64,000 nt of DNA, taken from the NCBI RefSeq assembly GCF_009834535.1, contig NC_045701.1:58838001-58902000 (forward strand), in the 5' to 3' direction. Made by a program: the position numbers and the translations under genes. Of this stretch, positions 37,400 to 51,345 are shown one piece after another. The DNA is from Camelus ferus. Taxonomy: Eukaryota. The notes under the pieces are model-generated. The model was not told the DNA's origin, ran no database searches, and saw only the letters and a program-made list of their open reading frames with translations. Each line of letters starts with the position of its first letter. The stretch's first letter is position 1.

Positions 37400-39260
37400 A
37401 AGAAGCAGAGTCTACAAACCTAGAGAAATGGCTCATAACTCAGAGATTTATCTGAAAATGAGACATTTATATCCACATCAATTCATATGGGAGATATAAA
37501 TCTAAGGGGAAATAGAAAAAAAGAAAAAGACTATAATAAATATTGACTGTCTCACGGTGATGAACAGATATCCAAAACAGTAATATAAAAAATTTAATTA
37601 TAGGAATACATTAAATAATCGTGAAAAGGTTAATGACATGACTTATACATTAGTTTTAGACGACACGCATGCTGGTAAACAATATGGCAACTTCCATTTA
37701 TTCAGAGCACAGACAATTTAAAAAGGTCATGTAGACATGTTTATCCCCAAAGCAAATGCTAGTTCTGAAACACTGCAAGGTTCTTCTAAATAATATTTCA
37801 GATTTTCCTTTGATTTAGAAATCATTTCATTAAGAAGAACTAAGTTGGAGGACAAATACCACAGAATTTCAAACCATTGTAGAAGTACAATAATCAAGAG
37901 AGTGTAGCATTGGCTTAACCATAGACTGATAGATCAATGGAATAGAATAGAGAGTCCAGACATAGACTCCACACATACATGAACAGCTTTCTTCCAATAA
38001 GGGGCAGTTCAGTGGAGAAAGGAGAGTTTTTCAATAAATGGTGCCAGAAAAATTGGATATTCACATTCAGAAAAGGGGGAGGGACTTCATACTTTAGCCA
38101 TATACAAAAACTAACTCAAAATCAATCACAAACTTATATGTAAAACCTGAAACTATAAAATTTCCAGAAGAAAACACAGAAGAACACCTTTGTCACCTTG
38201 GGTTAAACAAAGATGTCTAGCTGCAACACAAAAATCTATAAAGGACAGTGTTCCATAAAAAAGCAAATTGGTAAATTAGAGTTGATTAAAAATAAGTACC
38301 TCTGTTCTTCAGAGACTGTTAAGAGAATGAAAAGAAAGGCACAGACTGAAAGAAGCAAATCACATCAGATAAAGGAATTGTGTGCAGAATATATAAAGTA
38401 CACTCAAAACTTAATAATAATGAAAAATCTAATAATACCATGAGCAAAGATTTGAACAAACACTTCATCAAATAAGATATAAGGATGGCAAATAAGCACA
38501 GAAAAGATGCTCAACATCATAAATCATTAGGGGAATTCAAGTTTAAAGCACAGTGAGATACCTTACATACCTATTAGAATGGCCAAAATTTAAGACTGAC
38601 ACTACCAAGTGTTGCTGGGGATGTGGAAGAACTGGAAGTCTTGTATATGGGTGGTGGGAGTGCAAAATAGTACAATCACTTTGCAAAAACAGTTCATCAG
38701 TTTATTACAAACTTAAAACTCTACCTACCTTATGATTCAGACAGTCTACTCTCAGGTATTTACCTAAGAGAAATGAAAACTTATGTCTATATGAAGACTT
38801 GCTCATAATGTTCACAGCAGCTTTATTTTTAGTAGCCAAAAGCTGGAAACAATTCAAGTGGTTATCAAAAGGTAAATTGATAAACAAATTGTACATCCAT
38901 ACATGGACTCAGCAATAAAAAAGAGTGAAATATTGATACACACAACATATGGATGAGTTTTATAATTACCCTGAGTGAAGTAAGATAGACTCCAGAAAAG
39001 TACATTCTGTACAATTGAATTTATATAAAATTCTAGGGAATACAAAATAGTATAGTAACAAGAAGCAGGTGTGGGAGTAAAAGTGATGGATTACAAAGGG
39101 GCCCCAGGAAACTTTTTGGGTGTGGGAATGTTCATTACTTCAATTGTGGTGTTGGTTACACAGGTTCATACATATGTCAAACTCATTATACCTTTACACA
39201 TGTACAGTTTATTATATTCCAACTATACCTCAACAAAATTACTTTTTAAAAAGAAAAAAT
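37400..39260 (+). mobile_element. L1MB/MC-type element: ORF2 remnants and 3' UTR
   Basis: agatcaatggaatagaatagagagtccaga...ttttcaataaatggtgc...gatgctcaacatcataaatcattagggga...aaatgaaaacttatgtc...tatacctcaacaaaatt; ORFs 38213-38735 are decayed ORF2. Confidence 0.9.
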
Positions 39261-39354
39261 AATGTTATTCATTTCTTCAACAAACATTTATTGAGCATAG
39301 TCTACTCTGTACCAGGCACCATCATAGGTAAAAGATACAATAGTGAATAAACTA

Positions 39355-39595
39355 GAGTTGACCCCTGAGCAACACAGATTTGAACTACCAGGGTCTACTT
39401 AAAGGCGGATTTTTGTCAATAGTAAATACTACAGTACCAGGTGGATCAGAGGTTGGTTGAATCCAGTGCTGAGGAACCATGGATATGGAGAAATCCAGGA
39501 TTCAGAGGAACTCCCTTATAAATTATACGAATTATAAATTCAACCGCCCAGAGGATTGGCTCCCCTCACCTGCTGCATTGTTTAGTGGTCAATTA
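39355..39595 (+). mobile_element. MER8/Tigger2-derived MITE
   Basis: TA-flanked TIRs gagttgacccctgagcaac / ttgtttagtggtcaatta; internal agtaaatactacagtac...ggttggttgaatcc. Confidence 0.85.
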
Positions 39596-41239
39596 TAGAT
39601 AAAAACCCCTTCTGTGGTCTTCTCTATATAAAAATATCTCAATTTCTATAAATAAAATTATTTGCTTAAGGCTAGAAAAAAAAAGTTTAGAAACCAGTAG
39701 AGTCAGGAGCAGGTCTTCGCCTAATACTTGCTGAGCCTGGGGCAAGAGTGCGAATGGAGGCTCACAGTTCAGAGCTAACACACAAAAGCAGTAAATCAAG
39801 CTGTGCTTCTTCCTAGCCCACATTCTATCCCAGCCCCGAGAGCTAGAGGCCAACAAGCTGCCCTTCCTGGGAAGCCTCACAAGCCTGAAAGAGGGCATGA
39901 AAATGCAGCGGCTAGGTAGAAGTCGGGTCTCCCTGAACTCAGAGTGGGCTCACAGGATCAAGTGACTTCTCCAGGCTTCACGTTCCAGACTCAGCATTTC
40001 CAGGTGCCTCCCAAAGCCACATTGTCTGAGCAGAACACAGGGCAGGAGTGCAGCTACCTGGAGAACTCTCTTGTGTCCAGGACAGAGGTTTTCATTTTCT
40101 CCTTCCCTTTCTCAGACTCTTGCTCTTACCTCTGCATCCTTGCCTGAGCACAAAGCTGAAGCAGTCCTCTCATTTGCTCCACTGGTTTCTGAACTTGGGA
40201 AAAAATTTTACAAAATGGAAAGAAAAAAGTTTGTCTCACTGTTTGTAATACACAGAGCCTCCTTAAGAGCAATATACAGATCAGGGTTCCCTCTGGACTG
40301 GGTTTCAGGGTGGCAGTGATCAGAAACAGAATTCAGGTTTTCAGGAGACCACATAGATTTCAAAAGCCTGTGTGCAAATCACACAGAAGTTAAATGGGAA
40401 GCATTCAGGAACAGGAAGCCCAAAACGTAGGGCTTTAAAATAACACAAATGATTTTCTAAGTCCAGGGTGAGGCAGAGAAATAGGCATTCCTTTCAACAG
40501 GTATTGCCCACATAACCCTGGATTTCATAACTTCATCAAAATTAAAATCTGAATCAACATGGAAATAATTGCAAAAATAGTCTCCAATCCCATGAACCAA
40601 CTCAAAGGAAGATGAATGGTAATTTGAATATATTACACACTTGAACTGTGATGAATTTAATCCTTCCTTCAACATATTTTTGGTGAGTTCAAGAAATTAT
40701 AAATAGGCTATGTGTGAGTTACTAAGTGTGTGAGACACTGCCCTGGTTCTTAACAGTCTGGGAAGCTAGATATTTGCTACAGGTCATATGTGATGAATAC
40801 CATTGGAGTGGGACAACCAAAAATAATGGGAATAAAGCAGACAGAATGTGCATGAGTGGTTACTTTTGTTGGCACGATAATGGAAAACACACTGAAAGGG
40901 AAGGCATGAAAGCTAAGTTCAAAGACTGAAATTTAATGCAAACTTTTGCAGAATGCATGTACAACTAATTCAATAGAGGTCTTCCAGTGGCTGCTTGAAC
41001 TATTCCAACATATTAGCAATTTATTTTTATTATCCCTCAGGAAGTTTTCTTTTTTAATTGGCTCAAAATGTCCTTGTAACTTCCAACCATTGACCTTGCT
41101 TCTGCACCCTGCCCCCCACTACCTAAAATCACTTTTCCATAAGAAAATTCATTAATTGTGTTAGGACTGGATCATGTCCTAGGGCTTTTTTCCAGGTTTA
41201 ATAACTATTATAATGATAATGGGAAAGTTAATTATAGCT

Positions 41240-41845
41240 TTGTATTTGTTTCCTATTAATGCAGTAACAAATTACCACAAGCTTAAAACAATGCAAATTT
41301 ATTATCACATGGGTCTCAATGGACTAAAATCAAAGAGTCATCAAGATTGTGTTCCTTCTGGAGGCTCTAGGGGAGAATCATTTCTTTGCCTCCATTCCTT
41401 TATCCTATCACTCTGACCTCTGCTTCTGTAATCACATCTCGTCTGCCTCTGACTCTCCTAACTCCTCTTTTTTTTATTGAAGTATAGTCAGTTACAATGA
41501 GTCAAATTCTGGTGTACAGCACAATGTCCCAGTCATGCATATACATACATATATTTGTTTTCACATTCATTTTAAAGGTTATTATAAGATATTGAATATA
41601 GTTCCCTGTGCTATACAGAAGAAATCTGAGTTTCTTTAATCTATTTTTATATATAGTGGCTAACTCCCTCTTTTAAAGACCCTTTGATTACACTAGGCCA
41701 ACTGAGCAATACAGGATAATCTCCCCCTCTCAAAGTCTTTATTATTCACATCTGCAAAGTCCCCCCTTTTGCCATGTAACATTCGCAGTTTGCTTGGATT
41801 AGGACGTGGACATTTTGAGGGGGTGGAATTATTCTCCCCACATCA
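41240..41845 (-). mobile_element. MLT1C/D-like solo LTR interrupted by an L1 tail
   Basis: gcagtaacaaattaccacaagcttaaaac...ccttctggaggctctaggggagaatc...cacatctgcaaagtccc...ttaggacgtggacattttgagg. Confidence 0.9.
41472..41659 (-). mobile_element. Camelid-type L1 3' tail with target-site duplication
   Basis: tttattgaagtatagtcagttacaatg...aagatattgaatatagttccctgtgctatacagaagaa; flanks ctaactcctctttt / ctaactccctctttt. Confidence 0.9.
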
Positions 41846-41859
41846 GGTAACACTTACAT

Positions 41860-42010
41860 AGCGTTCACTGCCTCCACTATGTTTCAAGCATGCTGCCAAG
41901 TACTTTACATGCATCATCCCATTTAATCATTCCAACATTCCTGTGAGACGGGTTCTGTATAGATGAAGACTCTGAGGTTTAGAGACATTAAGCAACCTCC
42001 CAGGAAGAAA
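41860..42010 (-). mobile_element. MIR SINE
   Basis: tactttacatgcatcatcccatttaatcattccaac...atagatgaagactctgaggtttagagacattaagcaacc. Confidence 0.8.
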
Positions 42011-42566
42011 CACATCTACGTTTGCCTGTTCTTAGAACTTTACTTCATAAGTCATGATTTCCAGAGGTTTTACTCTCTTGTTCTCATCTATGGATGTGTT
42101 ACAGTCTGTTGCTATTAGGAAAAACTGATGAAAACAGGAGGGATGACATCCATGACAGAGAAAATTATATGAATAAAGGAGTAGGGGTAAGAAAGTTAAA
42201 ATCCTCATTGAGGAAAGGCAAGGAGTCCAGGATATCCAGATCTAAAGGGGTGTGACAGGGAGCAGTGGGTGAAAAATTGGGTGGAAGCTGGGTTGGAAGA
42301 GGATAAGGATTTGGACTCAGGTAAAGGTGAGCCTCAGAGTCGAGAAGCCAATAGGAAGCCAGAGATGGCACACTCATAGGAGAGCTTTAGGCAAATTAAT
42401 CCAAAAGGTACTAAAAGGAAAAGAAGAAAGCAAAGAGGGAGAAATAAACAAATGTAAAGAATGTGCAGAAGGAGGAAAACTGTCAAATTCTTGTGAAAAG
42501 CCATAAAAAAATACTTGGATAAATACATACCCATTTCAATGAAAATTTTCACTGACTTTTTTTGTA

Positions 42567-43064
42567 CAGGTGGTACCTGACTTAGGATGGTTCCACTTAA
42601 GATTTTTTGACCTTACCATGATGCAAAAGCGACACCCATTCCACAGAAACCATATTTAAAATTTTGAATTTTGATCTTTTCCCAGGCTAGCAATGTGCAG
42701 AAGGATACTGCTGGGTGATGCCGGGCAGGGCAGGGAGCCACAGCTCCCAGGCAGCAATGTGATCAAGAGGGTAAACAATCGAAACTCTTAAAACCATTCT
42801 GGACGCATACAATCATTCTTCACTTTCAGAACAGTAGTCATAAATTACATGAGACAGTCAACACTTTATTATGAAATAGGCTTTGTGTTAGATGAATTTG
42901 CCAAGTTGTAGGCTGATGTGAGTGTTCTGAGCATGTTTAATGTGGGCTAGGCTAAGCTATGATATTTGGTAGGTTAAGAGTATTAAATGCCTCCTCGACA
43001 TGATATTTTCAACTTATGATGGGTTTACTGGAGTGTAGCACCATTGTAAACCGAGGAAGACCTG
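42567..43064 (-). mobile_element. MER47/Tigger5-type TcMar MITE
   Basis: ta-caggtggtacctgacttaggatgg...ataggctttgtgttagatga...gctaggctaagctatgat...tattttcaacttatgatgggttta...cgaggaagacctg. Confidence 0.88.
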
Positions 43065-43164
43065 CAGTCTAAGAATAAAGTGCCAAGGTTCATGTAGAAG
43101 AATAAGGGAGGGAAGTGACTGGGTATATGTTAAAGAAAGCAAAAATGAGGAGGAAGTCAAGCCA

Positions 43165-44300
43165 CCTTAAAATACATTACCAAGCTACAATAATTAAAAT
43201 AGTGTAGAACTAACGTACTACTAAGCAGATCAGTATAACAGAACACAAAGCTTAAAAACAGATATCTAAGTAAAAACAAATATTCAGCAGATTGTAAAGG
43301 TAATAATTCAAATCAGAGGATGATAATGAACAATAAATGATGCTGAGATGACTGGTTACCTTGGAAATAACAGTGGGTTTCTACATCCATTTGTTTTCTT
43401 AACCAAAACAAATTAAAAAGTGATTAAATATAAAATGTAAAAAATAAAGCATTAAAATAAATAGAAAAATTTTGAATATTTTTTATCTCAAGGTGTAGGA
43501 ACTCTTTTTAAGTATTAAAGTAAAGGAAGAAATAGAAAATAAATCAATGATCGATGTGATCACACACACAGAATAATACTTATTTATCTCAGAAACACCT
43601 ATAAAAACATCAAATAAAAAGCTGTGAAATATTAATAAAATATATGTAACATAAAAGGTTAATGTCTGTAGCACATAAAGATTTTCTATCAAGAGAAACA
43701 CTTCAGGAGAAATCCAAGTAAAAGATCTGAACTAAGAATTCATAAGTAACTGCAAATGGCAACAAACATTAAAGAAATCTGGCTTCGTTAGTAATTTAAA
43801 AATTAAATAATTGTACTTTACCTACAAAAGTGATAAAAAATTATTTTTAATGATAATCCCCAATTTTTAAGGATAAACAGACAATCTCATATAGCACTGT
43901 TGGAAATATATATTAGTTCAAACTTTCTGAAAGGAAATTGGACAATTTGTGTCAAAAGCCTTAAGAATATTTATATCTTTTGACTCAGAAATTTCACTTC
44001 CAAGAATTCATCCAAAGGAAATTACCAAAAAAGTGCACAAATATTTAAATACAAGGATGTTCAAAATCAAGGAGTATTTTAGTATGGAAAAAAATGGAAA
44101 AAAACCTAAGATTCAATGATTGAGAACTTGATACTTGCAGGACATGAATAGGACGGAATAGTAGGCAGACTTTAAAACTATGTGGATGAAGAACAATTAG
44201 TGATATTAGGACATGTAAAAAGTATCCAGTAAAGTGGAAAAAAAAGTCAATATAAAGTATGGAGGAGATGATCGCAAATGTTTTTGTTATGTGTGTTTAT
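43165..44300 (+). mobile_element. L1ME-type ORF2 end and 3' UTR, decayed
   Basis: aagctacaataattaaaatagtg...ctttgactcagaaatttcacttccaagaatt...tacaaggatgttca. Confidence 0.75.
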
Positions 44301-45974
44301 GTGTGTGTATATAGCAAAATACTGATTTACTTCATCCACTGAATTTTTCCAGGACACATAACTGGGCACCACAATAATAAGATTTAATTCTGTGTGAAAA
44401 TTGTGAGGGTGCAAGAAAAGTTACATGTAGTATTTTGGCCATTATAGACATATATGAATGGGGATATTAAGACGACTGAAATACAGTTGTGCTTCTGACA
44501 TAGAAATTTCCTTTGAATCTGCCTCTGCTTGTCTCAAATATTGCCATTTCCCTCTAGAATGGTCCAGAGGGAATGGTTTTGTTTATTTAGCCCTTTCCAC
44601 CAACTTTGTAGTGTAGTACATATTACTAAAGTTTAATAAGGAAAGAGCATCCAATAAAAATAAAGAGCTTTCTCCAGACTATTTTACTGGCAAAATCTTC
44701 CAGACTTCTCATTGAAATTCCTCATTATGAATCAAAAAGAAAGACTGAAAATGATCAATAGAATTAGATTACCAAGTGAATTCATTTGAATAGATAATGT
44801 TTAGGGGTTTTTTTTTTCCTTTCTACCATTTTCTCACGCTCCTAACCAATACATGCAGATGTAACTAGGTTTACACTAGAAACCAATGTTCTATGTATCT
44901 ATTACTCCAAATATACTATGATTACAGGAACCCCGTTTTTCCTCTAAGAATGTTTAAAATACACATTAGTTCGTCTTTAGCTTCAGCTCATAAAATACAT
45001 TATGATTTCCTTTCATTCTTACTATGATTACTGCTATTTCAAAGTAATGCCTGCTTATTGTAACCTGTCAAACAGCTCAGAGAGATATAAAGAAAGACTT
45101 GATCATCTTCCTCCCTCCATCCAAATCCCACTCTTTGTGAGGAACAAAGATTAACTGGCTGTTATCCTTTGGCACCTTTTAAAACACTTGTTTTACTCTG
45201 GATTTATAGGCTTCAGAAAAGCAAAAGTTCAGACCATTAGCAAAATGTTTTGTGGTTTTGCAAAGTGTCAATCTACATGCTTATAAGAAAATCAATGGAA
45301 ATATATCCAAAGTGATTCAACCTTTACTGATTCCAATTCTGACATAGAAATTTTTTTCCATAAATTAAGACTAAAAATTTAACAAATTCACTTTGACCCA
45401 TAGGGAAAACTCAGCTTTTTTCTTTCTTTCTTTCTCTTTTAGACAATGAATTTCCTTTGTAGAATTCTCATTCATACAAAGAATAATTGAGAATCTTTTT
45501 GGTATTAAACATGCAGAAAAAAATTAATTGGTTTTTTTCAGCCTTGTAAGTGTAACCTTTCCTCTTTGGACTAATATTATCTTAACTCTTAGTATTCTAT
45601 AATTAATCTTTCTTTCCATTTTTTTATTCTCTCAAACTGTTCAAAATATTTATCCTGAATCATTTCTAAACTCTTCCACTTCCAGCCTTTGGAACCCACT
45701 GCCTGCTCCATACTTCATTTGATATGGTTCTGTTTCTTCTGACTCTACTCCCCTCCAGGATAGGTCCATCCTCATCACTGGGAGGAGACTTGGAGTCGGC
45801 AGATCTTTATTGACAGCAATGTTGCATGTTGGTGAGCTCACCTAAACACTGTCTCCATTTCCCCATCATTAAAATAATAACTGCATTTATTGACTTAAGA
45901 AAATTGTTGTGAGGCTTACATAAAATAGAGCCCAGAAGAGCTGTAAACTGAAAACCACTCTCTCCTCTCTACTT

Positions 45975-46140
45975 TTAATTTGCATAGTGGTTAAGAACAC
46001 AGACTTTCAAGCCAGCTCTGTCTTTTTCCAGCTGTGTGATCTTGGGCATATCTTATCCTCTCTGTGCCTCAATTTTCTCATCTGCAAATTAAAGATCAAA
46101 AACTACCTACCATGTATAGTTGTAAGGATTAAATGTGATA
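45975..46140 (+). mobile_element. MIR SINE
   Basis: catagtggttaagaacacagactt...ctgtgtgatcttgggc...tctgtgcctcaattttctcatctgcaaa...gtaaggattaaatg. Confidence 0.85.
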
Positions 46141-46147
46141 ATACTTG

Positions 46148-46570
46148 GATCCAGCAATCCCACAACTGGGTTCATATACAAAGAAAATAAGATCACTATC
46201 TCATGCACTCCCATGTTCATTGCAGCATTATTCACAGTAGCCAAGATATGGAAACAACCTAAGTGTCCTTTAAGNNNNNNNNNNNNNNNNNNNNNNNNNN
46301 NNNNNNNNNNNNNNNNNNNNNNNNNNNNNNNNNNNNNNNNNNNNNNNNNNNNNNNNNNNNNNNNNNNNNNNNNNNNNNNNNNNNNNNNNNNNNNNNNNNN
46401 NNNNNNNNNNNNNNNNNNNNNNNNNNNNNNNNNNNNNNNNNNNNNNNNNNNNNNNNNNNNNNNNNNNNNNNNNNNNNNNNNNNNNNNNNNNNNNNNNNNN
46501 NNNGAAAAGTGGTTACCAGGGGCTAGGGGCATGAGAAATGAGGAGAAGTTCAAAGTAATGGGTATAAAGT
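46148..46570 (+). mobile_element. L1MA-type ORF2 C-terminus and 3' UTR spanning the gap
   Basis: ORF2 tail CTPMFIAALFTVAKIWKQPKCP; gtggttaccaggggctagggg after the gap. Confidence 0.9.
46275..46503. other. Assembly gap (229 N)
   Basis: Run of n counted directly. Confidence 1.
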
Positions 46571-47139
46571 AATAAAAAGAAAGAAAAAAATGTGATAATA
46601 TTTGAAAAGCAGCTAGTACAAATAATTTTTATATCATTCCATCCCTTCACTGGTATAATAAATCCAAAATTAAAATATTCTTCACGTCTAGCCTTCAAAA
46701 CGTATTTTTCCTCTGTAATTCCTCTTCATGGATTTGTTCTTTAGGGGAAACTTAATAATATTTGCACATGGTTAAAGAAATTTTTCAATGAGTAAGCAGC
46801 CAATCTTACAGCCACTAGATGCCAATCTCTTTCATTAGAAGCATCTCATGATAAATCACATGGAACAAAGTTCTTAGCACAAACATTCGTTTCATGCAAT
46901 TCATAAATATAATATGCATAAGCAATGGCTATATGGAGAGACCCATTGAACTGACTATCATCAGGGCCATTTAAGTACTATATCTAGCATTATTTAGATA
47001 GTGTCTTTGATCCAACTCTTCCCACATGTGATCTTAAGCAAGTTAATAATTATTCTTTTGGGGCCTGTTTCCTCATCTATCTAAAAATTCTGGGTAACAA
47101 TGTATACTTCAGAGAGCAGATGAGAAGATTAAATGGTTA

Positions 47140-48880
47140 ACAATGCTAAATTTCAATTCTAAGTAGAATTTGATACGTTAAGGATGTTAGCTATACAGCA
47201 ACCATTTAAAATAATAACTAAAAAGACAACAGAAGAAATAAAATAGATATTAATAAATTTTTATTAACTCAAACTAAGGCAGAAACAAAATAACAGAGAA
47301 TAAAAAGCAGATGAGACCAATAAAAAACAAACAAAAAATACGGCAGACTTAAGCCCAACCATATCAATAATAACATAAATGTAAGTGCCTAAACATTTCA
47401 GCTAAAAATGAAAGATTGTCAAACTGGATAAAACAGTAAGATTCAATGGTATGCTGTCCATAAGAGACATGCTTTATAAAGATGTAGATAAATGGAAAGT
47501 TGAGGAGTAGACAAAGATGTACAAGCAAACAGTAAGCATTAGAAAGCAAGTAGACGAGGTATGCTTCAAAATAAGGAGTATTAGCATAGTTTTATAATCA
47601 TGCAAGGGTCAATTTATCAGAAAGACAGAACATTCATAAATGTGTATGTGTCTAAAACAGAGCTTTAATTATATGAAGCAAAATCTGAGAAAACTGAAGG
47701 GATAAATACAAAAATTTACAATCATAATTGGAAACTTTAAAATCCCTCTTTCAGGAATGGTTAAAATAAATAGACAAAACCCAATAAGGATATAGAACAG
47801 CCTTCTTGAATTAGAGCTGTGCAAGAAATTTAAGCACTTAAAAAATTATTTGAATGACAAATTTTTTCTCAATTTTTTCAAAGATGGAACATAACCAGCA
47901 CCATTCCAAATCCAAGCAATGAATACCTTAAGGCATTAGGGCTTAGTTATCTGCAGAATCCCAGTTACAAAGGGTTGATACAGATAATATGAAATATATT
48001 ATCTATTAACTTGACCTAATTGGTAATCACAGACCATTTACACCTAATAATGGACTGTGATGGTGGTCACGTGGTTTTAAACTTTTTCAAATACTCATCA
48101 AACTGTATACTTTAAATGAGTGCATTTTATTATATGTAAATTATATCTTGATATATCTCAGTGAGAAAAAATCATAATGAAATTATACCTCACATTCACT
48201 AGAATGTCTGAAATTAAAGAACCTGACAATAACAAGTGCTGATGAGGGTGTGGAACAACCAAAGCTTCCATGTATTGCTTATAGGTGTGCAAAATGATGC
48301 AACTACCTTGGAAAACTGTTTAGGAATTTCTTATAAAATTAAATATAGGCATATAAGCCTACCCTATGCCTGGAAGTATGTACTTCTGTTACATACTCAG
48401 GAGAAATGTTTCCACAGATCCACAAAATGATGTTTCAAGAATATTCATAGCAGCTTTATTCCTAATAACCAAAAAATAAGGGTAGAACCCAATGTCTATC
48501 AACAAGTGAATGAAGAAATTGTGATATATTCATATTGTAGGCTATTATACTGTAATACAAAAAAATAGCAAACTCTCTATACAGATAATAACATGGATGA
48601 ATCTCCAAAGCATCTTACTAAGCAAAAAAAGACAGACACAGATTTATTCCCTTCATATATGTTCAAAGACAGGCAAAACTACTCTGTGGCGATAGAAGCC
48701 AGAGTAATGGTTGCCTCTGAGAAGAGGGGATTGACTGGGAGAAGTGGCATGAAAGAGCCTTCCTGAATGATGGAAGTATTCCTTCTTGATCTGGGTGATG
48801 GTTACATGGGTGTGTACACACCAAACTGTACAAATAACATTTGTCCACTTTTCTGCATGCAAATTACATCTCAGTGTGTT
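47140..48880 (+). mobile_element. Composite old L1 (L1MC/MD): ORF2 endonuclease start plus 3' segments
   Basis: atatcaataataacataaatgtaag...gattgtcaaactggataaaac (ISIITLNV/WIK region); 3' UTR gctttattcctaataacc...atggatgaatctc...ttgatctgggtgatggttacatggg. Confidence 0.8.
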
Positions 48881-50634
48881 TAAAAGACTAAATGGTATAA
48901 TTCAGTTAAATCACACAATCAGCCTGACTTGAGGATGATGTTTAATAAACTGTAGCTATTATTGTTATTCTAATTTAAATATCTGTCAGTAATATCTGCT
49001 AAGCAAGTGTAACTGCACACTCTTAGAAAGATAAGCTAAAACAAATTGAAAAAGGAAAGCATGTGTAATCTGAGAAGGGAAATTTTGCGTGCAACTTCAC
49101 TGAAGTAAGACTGAAAGAAATACAAACTTACAGAACCTATGTCCTATAAATGGTTAGATAAACTTCATAAAATGTTCATAAATTACATAGCCATTGGAGT
49201 TTTGCCACTAGTGTCATTTGTTTTCAACATCTTCAATTCAAAAGCAACAATTACAGCATAGTGCTTTTCTTTTTTAAACAAACATTTTAAAGGTACTAGA
49301 AAAAAAAAAGAGATTTATTTTAAGAAAATAAATGGGTTAAGATTTAGGTCGAAATCCCAAAATGATTTGTGTTTGTCCTTAATTTGCTACCATGAAAAAA
49401 GCTGCTTTGAGAATCTCAGCATCCTCCTGGGACACCCTTATTCCCTGCCTCTGCAAGAATACAGGCTGGTTCAGCAATGGAGGAGTAAGTCCTGTCTGGG
49501 CAAAAGGACAAGAAAAGCTTGTGGGCGTTCTCACAGGCACAATTACGCAGGGCTCATAAACGCAACTTCAGGGGTGGAAAGGGAATAAAACCAGATTGTA
49601 AAAGTGGCCTTGGTATTCATATGAGAAGAAAAAGAAGAGCTTGTGATTATTATGTAGAAAATATATTTTAAAAAGGAAAAATATGTAAGTAAAATAGGCA
49701 AGGTACAGTGAAGAAGCTGACAACACCTTCTGAACGGGAAAGAACTAAGTGGAGTCCCTGGAAATTTTAGAGCTTAGAATTTTTCACTTCTAAGTGTCTC
49801 CGTGTAATCTCCCCAGGACTCCACCAAAGAAAGCTAGCCATTCATTCATTCATTTGTTCATTCAATATACATGTTTTGAACACTCTTATACGCCAAGCAT
49901 TGATCTAAGCTGTGGAGATATAAAGTGAGACTTCAGGGAACATAAAGTTTCCCAACATAAAAAGTGAATCATGTATTCACAAGTGAGTTGTTACCCCCAG
50001 GTTTCTGAATACAGAGTTGTTGACACAATCTTTGCTTGCGTCACCATATCAGTCAGAAAATATTGGGAGTAAAGGTCAAAAACCTCTGTTCTTGGAGAAA
50101 GAACAACACTGTTTTAGTCTGTGAATGTGCAATGGGAAAGAGAACAGAGTTGGGTAAGGGTGGGAGGACCTCTTGATTTTTCAACTACAGTTTCTTCCAC
50201 TTAAGCTCTGGGGGAAGAGGAGCAAAGTTCCAGCTAATGAAGGATGAAAATCCTCACACGAGGCCACAGTCTATCCCATGCCCGGTTTCTGTTGTGATAT
50301 GGAGGAAACTGAGCAATCCTTCTAGTATGTGATGCTTTGATACAGTCTTTCTGAATAGTGCACAGTATATTCAGTGTTGTGAGTCACCATAGTAAGGCCA
50401 CAAGATGTTTCACACTTCATATTTCCATTATCAGAACTGGAGGAACATATTGAACCCAAGGTAGAACCCCAGAAACTTTACTAACTGTGACTATATTTTA
50501 CATTCCAGTTCTAGCTGATTTTTAAAACACCATGGCATGGTCTTAAAATAGTCCATGATCATGGTTCAGTCTTGCTCCCTGGTCTACTCAGACTGACAAT
50601 ATAAGGTATTGGGAGTAATAGCTCACCTGAGAAA

Positions 50635-50880
50635 TAATAGTAGTTAACATTTATTAAATGCTTATGGTATACCAGGCTCTGTTCTAAATGCTTTTACGTA
50701 TAACAACTCACTGAAGCCTCATAACAACACTGGAAGGCAGGTTCTACTGATTTATAGATGAAGAAACCTAGAGTCTCAGAGTTCAATCAACTTGACCAAC
50801 ATCACACAATTAGAAGATGGTAGACCAGGATTCAAACTTGGGCAAAGCTACTCCAGATACTACGCTCTCAGACTACTGCC
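50635..50880 (-). mobile_element. MIR SINE
   Basis: aacatttattaaatgcttat...ccaggctctgttctaaatgctttt...tttatagatgaagaaacctag...ccaggattcaaac. Confidence 0.85.
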
Positions 50881-51109
50881 TGTCAGGAGACTGCTGATTC
50901 TTCCTTAGCTCCTGATCAGGACTGGCCGGAATCTGAAGGATTTGTCCAAAGATCACCAATGCTCTACTTTCTTTTCAAGCCTAATGTACTGTGCTGCTCT
51001 GAAATCTTTCAATGCTTATTCTGATCATGAGTCAGTTACATGTGAGCCAACCCAGAGAACCAATAATGGGTTATAGAAAAACTGTATTATTTTCTCTCGT
51101 TCAAAAACT

Positions 51110-51345
51110 AATGAGTTCTCCTAGAGTGGTAAAATTTCTAGAGGCAGAAAGTAGAATGGTGGTTGCCAAGGACTATGTGGAGGAAAGAACAGGGAGCTAG
51201 TGTTTAATGGGTAGAATGAACTCTGGAGATAGATGGTAGTGATGGTTGCACAATAATATGAATGTACTTAATACCACTGAACTATACACTTAAAAATGGT
51301 TACAATGATAAATATTATGTGCATTTCAACGCAGTTAGAAATAAT
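51110..51345 (+). mobile_element. L1MA/MB 3' end
   Basis: gaggcagaaagtagaatggtggttgcc...atggtagtgatggttgcacaataatatgaatgtacttaataccactgaactatacacttaaaaatggtta. Confidence 0.9.

Noticed and set aside
46107-46572. 145-148 aa ORFs in the track
   Set aside because: Artefacts of reading through the N gap inside an L1.
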